Source of the DNA: Geotalea uraniireducens Rf4
GTDB taxonomy: Bacteria; Desulfobacterota; Desulfuromonadia; Geobacterales; Geobacteraceae
Length of the DNA stretch: 32,000 nucleotides
Direction of reading: 5' to 3'
NCBI RefSeq assembly: GCF_000016745.1
Contig: NC_009483.1
Coordinates: forward strand, 3,210,001-3,242,000
Part shown: positions 7,110 to 14,957 of the stretch, one piece after another
Position numbering within the stretch: position 1 is the first letter of the stretch
Layout of the letters: each line of letters starts with the position of its first letter
Position numbers and translations under genes: made by a program
Notes under the pieces: model-generated
Database searches by the model: none
Told to the model about the DNA's origin: nothing
What the model saw: the letters and a program-made list of their open reading frames with translations, nothing else

Positions 7110-8086
7110 TGTCCCGCCTCTTTGACCCGCTCTTTCAGGAACGGCTCCACCAGGATGCTTGCCACGGACGGATCAGAATGCCGATCATAGATAAGCTCGT
7201 TGATCTTATCCCGGCTGGTGGTGCCGAACCAGTTGTTGCGAGCATCCACATCCACGTTCTGCTCATCGGCTATGGCCAGATTATATTCTTTGTTGTCGTA
7301 GATGTTGTTTCCGGCGATGCGGACACCTGCCGACTTATAGAAGTATATTCCCTTCAGGTTTTCGGATATCTCGTTGCCGGTTATCTCAGCGGTACTCTGC
7401 TCCTTGGGCCAGATGCCGAAGAATTTGTTGTCGGTAATGGTGTTGCGGGTGATCACGGCGCGGGAACTGCGGAAGGTGATTCCCCCCTTGTTGTTGTGGA
7501 TATAATTAAAGTTGGCGGATATATCCGCAGGCCGTCCGAACCAGGGAACTCCCGGCGCTTCTTCTTCCTTCTTGACGCTGATGGCGACGGCGTTCTTGGT
7601 GAATTCATTGTGGTCAATGCGAGCGCTGGCGCCATGGGCGTGGATGCCGTTGTAGGCGAAGAGTATCTTGCAGTACTCGATCACATTACCGTCGCCGCCA
7701 AGGAGATTGATGGCCCCCCAGTCAGCCGGCTTTGCATCCCGCTCCGCAGAGGTAAAGACGATGATGTTGTCTTTCGTTCCCCGGGCGATGAGCCGCCCTT
7801 GCACGATAAGCTCCGCCTGCGGGTAATAGGGGGAGTCGATGCCGAACATGTTGCGATCGCTCTTTTCATCAATTCTGACGAACTTCACGGTCGTGCCGGG
7901 GGCAATCGTCAGGGTGACGCCGGCGGGAACGAAGACGTCGCCGGTTACCTTGATGGTCCCTTGCCAGACCGTATCCTTCTGAATGGTGGTCTTGCCGATC
8001 TCAACCCCTTTATCGGTACAGCCTGACAGGGGAAAGAGCAGGCTCAAGAGCAGTGCGGAAAAGATGGTTCGTAAGAGCGACGTCAT
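7106..8086 (-). CDS. NosD-like right-handed parallel beta-helix lipoprotein (single module)
   Basis: Lipobox FPLSGC. The entry motif is DTVWQGTIKVTGDVFVPAGVTLTIAPGTTVKF, followed by repeated N/G-rich beta-helix turns (ITRNTITDN, ITGNEISEN, IAGNNIYDN). The C-terminus is NNWFGT...ILVEPFL. Confidence 0.75.
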   Translation of the reverse strand: MTSLLRTIFSALLLSLLFPLSGCTDKGVEIGKTTIQKDTVWQGTIKVTGDVFVPAGVTLTIAPGTTVKFVRIDEKSDRNMFGIDSPYYPQAELIVQGRLIARGTKDNIIVFTSAERDAKPADWGAINLLGGDGNVIEYCKILFAYNGIHAHGASARIDHNEFTKNAVAISVKKEEEAPGVPWFGRPADISANFNYIHNNKGGITFRSSRAVITRNTITDNKFFGIWPKEQSTAEITGNEISENLKGIYFYKSAGVRIAGNNIYDNKEYNLAIADEQNVDVDARNNWFGTTSRDKINELIYDRHSDPSVASILVEPFLKERVKEAGQ

Positions 8087-8649
8087 CAGCGCTTTCCTCC
8101 TGCCTGGGCACGTTTTTTCCGGATATTTTGCAACGCTGCCAGGACAATTTTCTTCTTGCCGTTTTCAAGTTCCCGGTTGACTCCCCGCTGCAGCAGGAGG
8201 CTATTCACCGCCAGGGCTTCCCGGTAGCACTTTTCCGCCACTGCGAGGTTGCCCAGTTGCTCATGGGCGAATCCCAATCCGTAATGAACCATGGTGTCCT
8301 CACGGCGCAAGACTATGGCCTTCGTGAACCATGCCACAGCCTCCTTGTAGTTGCCGGTTTTACAGCTCACCAGCCCCATGCCGTCGTGAGCATCAAAATC
8401 GCGGGGAGATACCTTCAGCACCTCGCCGAACTGCCATGCGGCCTCACCCAGTTTGTTCTTCCGATAGAGGACGATCCCCAGCTTATTGCGTGTCTGGATA
8501 TCCTTCGGGTTGATCTCCACGACAATCCGGTATTCGGTCTCAGCCACCGAATCAGGGAGAAATCCGGTTTCGGGGTGGGCGCTGCTCACCGCGGGAAGGG
8601 CCAGGAGCAGGGCGCCGGCAAGAGATATGAAGCGGCAAATTCTGTTCAT
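8086..8649 (-). CDS. Periplasmic TPR repeat protein
   Basis: A signal peptide (ALLLALPAVSSA) is followed by TPR units (NKLGIVLYRKNKLGEAAWQFGEVLKVSP, HDGMGLVSCKTGNYKEAVAWFTKAI, HYGLGFAHEQLGNLAVAEKCYREAL). Start and stop overlap the neighbouring genes on both sides. Confidence 0.7.
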   Translation of the reverse strand: MNRICRFISLAGALLLALPAVSSAHPETGFLPDSVAETEYRIVVEINPKDIQTRNKLGIVLYRKNKLGEAAWQFGEVLKVSPRDFDAHDGMGLVSCKTGNYKEAVAWFTKAIVLRREDTMVHYGLGFAHEQLGNLAVAEKCYREALAVNSLLLQRGVNRELENGKKKIVLAALQNIRKKRAQAGGKR

Positions 8650-9470
8650 TTCACACCAAAGTGGGTCAAGGAGGAGTACAGGGTAACACCCCCGATAAGG
8701 GTAACGAGCGCGGCACTGGCAAAGGCGACCTTCGGCGCATAGCGTTCCGTGTCGATGAAGCGGCTGGTGGCCCGGACTCCATTGACAACGGCAAGGCCGA
8801 TGGCAACAAGGGATGCGGCCAGTCCCAGACTGAAAATCAGCACCAGAACAAGCCCCTTGCCGATATCACCCACCGACGCAGAAGCAAGGAGGATTGCCAG
8901 GGCAGCCGGACAGGGAACAATGCCGCCGGAAATGCCGAGTAGAATCAGGCCGGTCAGGCCTAACTTCTGGTCAACGCCGTGTCCGTGGTTATGGCCGTGG
9001 TCGTGGTTGTGTCCGTGGTTATGATCATGGTCATCGCCATGATTGTGCGTATGGCCGTTGCCATGGGAATGACCGTGGTCGTGGCCGTGGTGATGGTGCC
9101 CCCCTCCGAACAGGTGGAAGTGGCCATGGGCACGTGACGGATCACGCATACCGATCCAGCGCGACCTTAGCATCCAGAGACCGATGCCGAGGATGATGAT
9201 GCTCGATACGATGCCGAGATAGCCGTGGAGTTCCTGATCAGTAAAGTAGCGGGAAGACGCCTTGGCAAGCAGTCCGAGAAGGATGATGCTGAACGAGTGG
9301 GTAAAGGTCACGACCAGACCGAGAATCACGGCGTCGATGCTCCTTCCCCGGGAGGCGACAAGATAGGCCGCAACAACAGACTTCCCGTGTCCGGGTTCAA
9401 GGGAATGGGCGGCGCCCAACAATAAAGCGGCACTATAGATACCGAACATGCCGAAGCTACTTACATCCAT
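8646..9470 (-). CDS. rcnA: RcnA/NicO-family nickel-cobalt transporter with a long His-rich loop
   Basis: The motifs HSLEPGHGKS and GGIVPCPAAL match my memory of E. coli RcnA (LHGLEPGHSKT, GGLIPCPAA). The central loop is HGHFHLFGGGHHHHGHDHGHSHGNGHTHNHGDDHDHNHGHNHDHGHNHGHG. I chose the ATG at 9470 (GGAG 5 nt upstream); the longest ORF starts at 9593 but would overlap the upstream gene by 137 nt. Confidence 0.85.
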   Translation of the reverse strand: MDVSSFGMFGIYSAALLLGAAHSLEPGHGKSVVAAYLVASRGRSIDAVILGLVVTFTHSFSIILLGLLAKASSRYFTDQELHGYLGIVSSIIILGIGLWMLRSRWIGMRDPSRAHGHFHLFGGGHHHHGHDHGHSHGNGHTHNHGDDHDHNHGHNHDHGHNHGHGVDQKLGLTGLILLGISGGIVPCPAALAILLASASVGDIGKGLVLVLIFSLGLAASLVAIGLAVVNGVRATSRFIDTERYAPKVAFASAALVTLIGGVTLYSSLTHFGVK

Positions 9471-10383
9471 AAAATCTCCTGAAAAAAGCAAATATAGCGC
9501 CAAGCCCCATAACGGCAAATCCGCTGAATACATAAGGACGGCCCGGGTCTCTGACAATCTGTATCCCGGCAAAAGGCCTTCCGTTTTCGTCACTGCCTGT
9601 CAGGGTATTATAGAAATAGAGCCCCTGCCACCTGAAAGGTCCGTTCACTTCCGCCGTACCCGCCGCAAGAGTCTTATCCTTATCCGAGAGATGAAGATCG
9701 ATCCAACACCTTTTCAGGATAGGGCTCTGATACGACACCAGTTTAAATTCATAGGGGAAATCCGCGGGAAGGTTGTTCATCCCGGAGGTATCGGCAGTGC
9801 CCATTACCCGGCCCTGCCTGTAAACTGTGAGATTGAGATTGAGACCGGCCGGATCAAAGGCACCGGCGGCAACCCGGTAGTCGCCCAGCTTGAAACTCTC
9901 GCCGGTACGGAGGGTAAAGAGAGCGAATTTTTCGTTACCGCGCAACACCCCTACCCGTACAGGTACCGGGTAAAACTCTCGATTTATCCGCTTGACGGCA
10001 AGCTCCATACCAAGCGGAACATCCTGCTCCCTGTCCCAGCGGTAAACCTGATCAACGGAGGACCCTTCATAAATATTGACCGTGGCCACATAGCCGAATG
10101 AGGTGACAATACAGCCCGCCAGAGTCAGCAACACCCCCCCATGCAGAATCAGGGTAGATTTTGCCAGGGTCTTCCACCGCCGCAAGGTGCAACAGAGAAG
10201 GTTTAACGCAAACAATCCGATCAGCCCAACAAACGGGGGACTGGAATAGATAGCTTTCGATTCGGTGAAGGACCCGGGAATCGCGGCCAGACATATTGCA
10301 ATAAACAGCGCAATAGCCAGTTCGGTGGAAGCTAGATATTTTGCTACAGTTATATACATCTGCTTGGGAGACAAACGCGACAA
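9457..10383 (-). CDS. ResB-like (cytochrome c biogenesis Ccs1-like) membrane protein, short form, with no ResC/CcsA partner
   Basis: The N-terminus (YLASTELAIALFIAICLAAIPGSF), second TM (LFALNLLCCTLRRW), His-containing third TM (LILHGGVLLTLAG), beta-rich periplasmic part and C-terminal TM all match the ResB layout. The start is a TTG at 10383; an ATG at 10359 is the alternative. Confidence 0.55.
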   Translation of the reverse strand: MSRLSPKQMYITVAKYLASTELAIALFIAICLAAIPGSFTESKAIYSSPPFVGLIGLFALNLLCCTLRRWKTLAKSTLILHGGVLLTLAGCIVTSFGYVATVNIYEGSSVDQVYRWDREQDVPLGMELAVKRINREFYPVPVRVGVLRGNEKFALFTLRTGESFKLGDYRVAAGAFDPAGLNLNLTVYRQGRVMGTADTSGMNNLPADFPYEFKLVSYQSPILKRCWIDLHLSDKDKTLAAGTAEVNGPFRWQGLYFYNTLTGSDENGRPFAGIQIVRDPGRPYVFSGFAVMGLGAIFAFFRRFYGCK

Positions 10384-10510
10384 AACCTTTCATTCCGAAT
10401 CTACGGTGCGACCACGAACAGCTTTTTCTTAAAGTACCGCGTGCAACCGTTAACGGCAAGCACCAATTCTTCGGCTGCCTGCGTATCACCGCCACAACCT
10501 GCCATAGCGT

Positions 10511-11218
10511 TTATTTTAATGTTATTTCAACGTCAATTGCCATATCTATTTTGCCGGGAACCAGGGACAGAGCCCTGCCCGGCGAAACAGCCCGACCCGG
10601 TGGAAAAACCGTTGCCGAGCCAAGGAAATAATTGCCTGGTGGGAGATACAGGACATAACGCCCTGTTTCATCCGTCCAGCCTGAGATGTAATCCGGCAAT
10701 TGCGCTATCTCTTTCCCCCGATGGGCAATCACGTAAGCATTTGCAACCGGCGCGCCGCTGCCGTCCAGTACACGGCCGCTTATTTTCACATGGTCATCCC
10801 TGGTTCGGTGCTTGTTCCGGGCCACTTCCCGGATATCGGCAACAGTGAAATCCTGCTCTGCAACCCGCTCCGCAGGGGGCTCGATCACCACCGGTTCGCC
10901 GGAATGCCTGGTCCCCAGCAAAAGCGGACCGAACTTCACACCTTGCCTGACCCTTGCCACAGCCCAGTATCTCCCCACCGGCAGCTCGATAGCGTATTGT
11001 CCGTCCCGGTCCGTCTTGGGGGTAATGAATTCGGCGGGGCGCCTGGTCTTTGCGCTGTCGTAAATGAAAACCTCGGCCCCCTCGACCCCCTGGCCGGCCG
11101 GATCCAGCACTTTGCCGCGCAGGACGAAAGTCTCGCCGGCCAAGGCGTTGGACCAGTCAAAAACTGCGGCTGCTGCGACGGCAAGAATCATTATGACGGC
11201 CAACCATTGCCGTTTCAT
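10511..11218 (-). CDS. Secreted protein with two carboxypeptidase-regulatory-like (transthyretin-like) domains
   Basis: A signal peptide is followed by two internal repeats: LRGKVLDPAGQGVEGAEVFIY...TDRDGQYAIELPVGRYW and ISGRVLDGSGAPVANAYVIAH...TDETGRYVLYLPPGNYF. Confidence 0.6.
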   Translation of the reverse strand: MKRQWLAVIMILAVAAAAVFDWSNALAGETFVLRGKVLDPAGQGVEGAEVFIYDSAKTRRPAEFITPKTDRDGQYAIELPVGRYWAVARVRQGVKFGPLLLGTRHSGEPVVIEPPAERVAEQDFTVADIREVARNKHRTRDDHVKISGRVLDGSGAPVANAYVIAHRGKEIAQLPDYISGWTDETGRYVLYLPPGNYFLGSATVFPPGRAVSPGRALSLVPGKIDMAIDVEITLK

Positions 11219-13701
11219 TGTCCCACCGCCTGACCTGCGGATATCGGCTTCTGAAGGAACGGCTCATACAGGATGATGCCGATTCCCGGCTCTTTTCGCC
11301 CGTCGAACAGGGTTTCGGCCGGATCTCCCCCGCCCCACCAGTTCTCCCTGGCGTTCACGTCTTCATTGTTAAAATCGCCGACCCTGATATTGTAGCCGCT
11401 GTTGGCAAACAGGTTGTTCTTGCTGATGGTCAGCCCGCCCCCCTTTTCTCTGACGAACACACCGGTTTCATTCCTCGTGATGACATTTTCAGTGAAGATG
11501 CCGTTGCCCATGTAGGAACGGATGCCGATGGTGTTGTCCGTAAAGAGGCAACGGGTGACCGTTACCGGACCGCTGCGGAAGCGCATCCCGCCGTAGTTGC
11601 CATGGATGCTGCTATCCGACAGGGACAGGTTGGTGAAGTGACTGTGAACCCCCCACGTTGCGTACTCAAAGACCGCGTAGGCAATGGCGCTGTTGTTGGC
11701 ATGCTCCAGCAACACCTCATCCCAGGCGCCGGCTTCCTTTTTCTGCAACGAGGTAAACGTGATCTCACGCGTTTTTTCTCCCCTGGCGAGAAGTTTGCCG
11801 TTGACTGCCAGACCGGCGCCTTCTGCAAACTTAATCTTTGTTCCCGGCAGGACCGATAGCGTCGCATCTTTTCCAACATCAAGCTTGCCGGTCACGACGA
11901 TCGCCCCTTCCCAGGTGGTGGAAACAAGCACATCCCGCAGCGGCCATACGTAGGGTAGCGGCGTCTGCATTGCACCGTCATGGGTGACTTTGCCACGCAT
12001 CGGCTCATCAGAGCGGTCCAGGATAACCCGCTCCGCATCCGCCCCGCCCCACCAGTTTGCCGGCGCATCCACGTCGTTTTTTCCTTCCAGATCAATGGCG
12101 TAGAGACCGTTGCGGACGAAATTGTTACCGGTTATCAACCCGGAAAAAGATATAATTCCCATGCCGCGTTCGCCGTTACCGGCAATCTGGTTCCCCCTGA
12201 TGCCGGCCCTTACATCCTGAACGCTCATCCCGTTAATGCCGTTATTGCCGATAAAATTATCTGTGATCTCTATGTTGTCCGCATTTTTCAGAGAAAAACC
12301 GGCTTCGGTATTATTGGTGATAACGTTACGGCCAAAACTGCCGTAATAGGCGTCAGCCACCAGCAACCCGAACCGGTTGCCGTCAAACAGGTTCCCTTCC
12401 ACGACCGCCGCGCCTTCCCGCAGCCGCAGACCTTCCTTCAGATTTCTGAGGAACCTGTTGCCCCTCACCTGAATGTCGTTCCGGAAAAAATTTCCCCCCA
12501 GGTAGTTGTTACTGACGACATTGCCGGCAAAATCCACCTCGGAATCCCTTCCCTGGATACCGCTTTTATTGCCGTACAGCCAGTTACCGCGCATTGTCAC
12601 CGTCGATTCCTGGAACTGGATCGCCCGGTAATTGTTTCTCAGTACCGAACTTATGACCGCCACGTTGGAGAAGTGAAAATGCAGTCCTCGATAGGCGTCC
12701 TCTATCTGACAATACTCCAGCAGGTTCTGGGCCCCATCGCTGTTCATGATATTGATGGCGTCCCAATCCCCCTGCCGCCCGGTTTTCCCGGCGGAGCGGA
12801 AAATGATCGGCGCTTTGGCATTCCCCTTGGCCAGCAGGAGCCCCTGGATCAACAGACCGTTTTCGCCGATGCCGTCACCGTTGGTATCCCTCTTCCCGAA
12901 CTCGACGATTGTTCCCGGCATTATCACAAGCCTGCTTCCATCCGGCACCCGGATAATCCCCTTCACCTCTATCCGCCCCTGCCAAATGGTATCGCCAAGC
13001 AGCACCTCATCCCCATAAATCCGGGCGACTGCCGGCCCCGCTCCGCTTGTGTAAGACCTCTCTCCGGGGTGTTCCCTGAAACTGCCCGTATAAAAGTCCT
13101 TTTTCCGGTTGTCCCTGACTGTGCAGTCACGACTGTCAACCTTTGCCTCCTTATAGAGAAAGAGGCCGTAGTCGTTGTCCGTAATCAGGCAGGCAGTAAC
13201 CGTCAGACTGCTCTTTGCGCCCAAGGCGGTAATTCCGTAACGGTTTCCCCTGAGTTCCGAATCTGCCAGATGGACCGTACCGTCAACGACATAAAGGGCA
13301 GACTCGGCATGCATGATCCGACAAGACCGGAGGTCGGCGCGGCCGCCATCAACGATGATACCGGCCCAGTTCCCAGCCTTATTTTCCCCGGCTGAGCTGA
13401 ACAGCACCGGCGACTTTGCGGTCCCCTCAACCTTGAGGGTTCCCCGCACCGTAATCTCCGTAAGCGGCGACATGTACTCGGGATCGGTCTTGGTGCTCTC
13501 CGACGTGGCCACCCGGACAACCGTCCCCGGCCTGATGATCAGGGTAACGCCGGCCGGCACCAGGATATCGTCCTGAAGCGCAACCTCGCCCTGCCAGACC
13601 GTATCCCTGGTGATCACCCCGGCAGCGGCAAAGGTTGGAAACAGAAGGCAGAGTGCAATGATGAGAAACCTGATTGTCTGAATAGAGAATTTGATGGTCA
13701 T
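11215..13701 (-). CDS. Large secreted protein with three NosD-like parallel beta-helix modules, first gene of the operon
   Basis: The ATG at 13701 gives MTIKFSIQTIRFLIIALCLLFPTFAAAG (signal peptide). There are three entry motifs (DTVWQGEVALQ..., DTIWQGRIEVKG..., TTWEGAIVVTGK...). Each is followed by beta-helix turns, and the last two modules end in NWWGG... The longest ORF (GTG at 13803) overlaps the predicted -10 box. Confidence 0.75.
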   Translation of the reverse strand: MTIKFSIQTIRFLIIALCLLFPTFAAAGVITRDTVWQGEVALQDDILVPAGVTLIIRPGTVVRVATSESTKTDPEYMSPLTEITVRGTLKVEGTAKSPVLFSSAGENKAGNWAGIIVDGGRADLRSCRIMHAESALYVVDGTVHLADSELRGNRYGITALGAKSSLTVTACLITDNDYGLFLYKEAKVDSRDCTVRDNRKKDFYTGSFREHPGERSYTSGAGPAVARIYGDEVLLGDTIWQGRIEVKGIIRVPDGSRLVIMPGTIVEFGKRDTNGDGIGENGLLIQGLLLAKGNAKAPIIFRSAGKTGRQGDWDAINIMNSDGAQNLLEYCQIEDAYRGLHFHFSNVAVISSVLRNNYRAIQFQESTVTMRGNWLYGNKSGIQGRDSEVDFAGNVVSNNYLGGNFFRNDIQVRGNRFLRNLKEGLRLREGAAVVEGNLFDGNRFGLLVADAYYGSFGRNVITNNTEAGFSLKNADNIEITDNFIGNNGINGMSVQDVRAGIRGNQIAGNGERGMGIISFSGLITGNNFVRNGLYAIDLEGKNDVDAPANWWGGADAERVILDRSDEPMRGKVTHDGAMQTPLPYVWPLRDVLVSTTWEGAIVVTGKLDVGKDATLSVLPGTKIKFAEGAGLAVNGKLLARGEKTREITFTSLQKKEAGAWDEVLLEHANNSAIAYAVFEYATWGVHSHFTNLSLSDSSIHGNYGGMRFRSGPVTVTRCLFTDNTIGIRSYMGNGIFTENVITRNETGVFVREKGGGLTISKNNLFANSGYNIRVGDFNNEDVNARENWWGGGDPAETLFDGRKEPGIGIILYEPFLQKPISAGQAVGQ

Positions 13702-13801
13702 ATCCGTGAGGGGTATCCTGAGACTCAACGCAATACAGACAGCGACAAAAAAACGAAAAAGTCTTTCGATGCACAAGCAGGCGTCGTTACCTAACTTTGT
13801 C

Positions 13802-13830
13802 ACTATAACTTATCTTAATAACAAAGACAA
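13802..13830 (-). promoter_or_regulatory. Candidate sigma70 promoter of the beta-helix/RcnA operon
   Basis: The minus strand reads TTGTCT-17 nt-TATAGT, about 100 nt upstream of the ATG at 13701, in the AT-rich spacer after actE. Confidence 0.4.
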
Positions 13831-13916
13831 AATAATTTGCCCCAATCTTGACGCCCGTAAATCCATAGGCCGACCAGATCAAGGTGGCCGTGCAGGCAGG
13901 AGGAAACCCGGCCCTC

Positions 13917-14372
13917 CTATTTGCGGGTCCGCAGGAAATTGACCAGACTCCACCGCTCCCGCGGCATAAGCTTGTCCTGGAATGGGGGCATGCGGCCGAA
14001 GCCGAAGGTGGTCGCCTTGAAGATATCGGAGTCGCTCAGGCTCTGCAGCAGGTCATGGTCGAGGCCGGGCGGAGGAGGAGAGAGCTTTAGCCCGACCGGG
14101 CCGCGCCGGTCCGAAGTGTGGCCGTGGCACATGGCGCAATTGATATCGAAGAGCGTTTTGCCCTGCGCAATTGATGCGGCAGTCGGGGCGACAGGATTTT
14201 GCAGCACGGCCTCTCGCGAGACGATCTCCTTGCCGGAAATCGGCACGCTGCCTGCGGGCGTGGCCGGAACCGGCGCCTTATAGGCCTTGTAGGAAGGCTG
14301 CTCGTCCATCCACAGGGCCGCCGTCAGCAAAGGTACAGCGGCCAGAATGACCAGTTTCGCAATGCCTTTCAT
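13917..14372 (-). CDS. actE: ACIII-like monohaem cytochrome c subunit (ActE-like)
   Basis: MKGIAKLVILAAVPLL is a signal anchor. There is a single CAMCH haem motif and a downstream Met (GFGRMPPF). ATGA overlap with actD at 14369-14372. The longer ORF (to 14552) adds only an Arg-rich, non-protein-like extension. Confidence 0.75.
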   Translation of the reverse strand: MKGIAKLVILAAVPLLTAALWMDEQPSYKAYKAPVPATPAGSVPISGKEIVSREAVLQNPVAPTAASIAQGKTLFDINCAMCHGHTSDRRGPVGLKLSPPPPGLDHDLLQSLSDSDIFKATTFGFGRMPPFQDKLMPRERWSLVNFLRTRK

Positions 14373-14953
14373 AGCGTCGCCTCTGCGATGAGCCTGATGG
14401 CGCCGGCTTCCCTCATGATCTCCTCCGCCAGGCTTTTCTGCTCTTTGACGGGAACGGAGGCGATGGTGCCAATGCACTCTCCCGGCGTTGTTCCGCGCCC
14501 GCATGCCACAATCTCTCCGCCGGCGTGGGCGGTAACGCTTATGCCGATGCACCCCTCGGCGATTGCCGGGTCATAGAGGCGTTTTCCCAAGGGAGGAAGC
14601 CTCATTTCCAGGAACATCCCCACCATGGTGCCGACAATGGCGAAGAGCATGGTCAACTCGAAGGTGACGATGCCGGTCGGGTAAAAGGCGATGATCGGCT
14701 TGTCGCCGGTCTGCACCGGATAAAGCCAGGCGGTGCCGGCGGCCAGGAGAAAACCGGCGACCACGCCGACAATGCCTCCGGCCAGGGCCAGCCAGCGGAA
14801 CCACGAACGCCGGTCGGTCTTAACCAGCACGCCGTCCGGATAGGAAACGGAGGTGAGCGAGGTGATCTGCGCTTCCGTGAACCCTGCCCTGAGCAGCCCC
14901 TCCACCCCCCTACCCGCACTCTCGATATCCCTGAAAATCCCGAGGATCTCCAT
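14369..14953 (-). CDS. actD: ACIII-like subunit ActD (DUF3341-type membrane protein)
   Basis: MEILGIFRDIESAGRGVEGLLRAGF... is followed by two TM helices, as in ActD. GGAGGAA precedes the ATG at 14953, 4 nt after the actC stop. Confidence 0.7.
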   Translation of the reverse strand: MEILGIFRDIESAGRGVEGLLRAGFTEAQITSLTSVSYPDGVLVKTDRRSWFRWLALAGGIVGVVAGFLLAAGTAWLYPVQTGDKPIIAFYPTGIVTFELTMLFAIVGTMVGMFLEMRLPPLGKRLYDPAIAEGCIGISVTAHAGGEIVACGRGTTPGECIGTIASVPVKEQKSLAEEIMREAGAIRLIAEATL

Positions 14954-14957
14954 ATGA

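Noticed and set aside
7109-8026. 305-aa plus-strand ORF antisense to the NosD-like lipoprotein gene
   Set aside because: For the same reason. The minus-strand product has a lipobox, repeat architecture and translational coupling to both neighbours.
8960-9125. Apparent short tandem DNA repeats (GTGGTTATG/GTGGTCGTG units)
   Set aside because: They are the coding sequence of the His/Asp/Asn/Gly-rich cytoplasmic loop of the RcnA-like protein, not a non-coding repeat or CRISPR-like array.
14373-14552. N-terminal 60-residue extension of the ActE-like ORF (MHRHKRYRPRRRRD...)
   Set aside because: It is Arg-rich and non-protein-like, and lies entirely within actD coding sequence. The internal ATG at 14372 gives a normal signal anchor and an ATGA coupling to actD.
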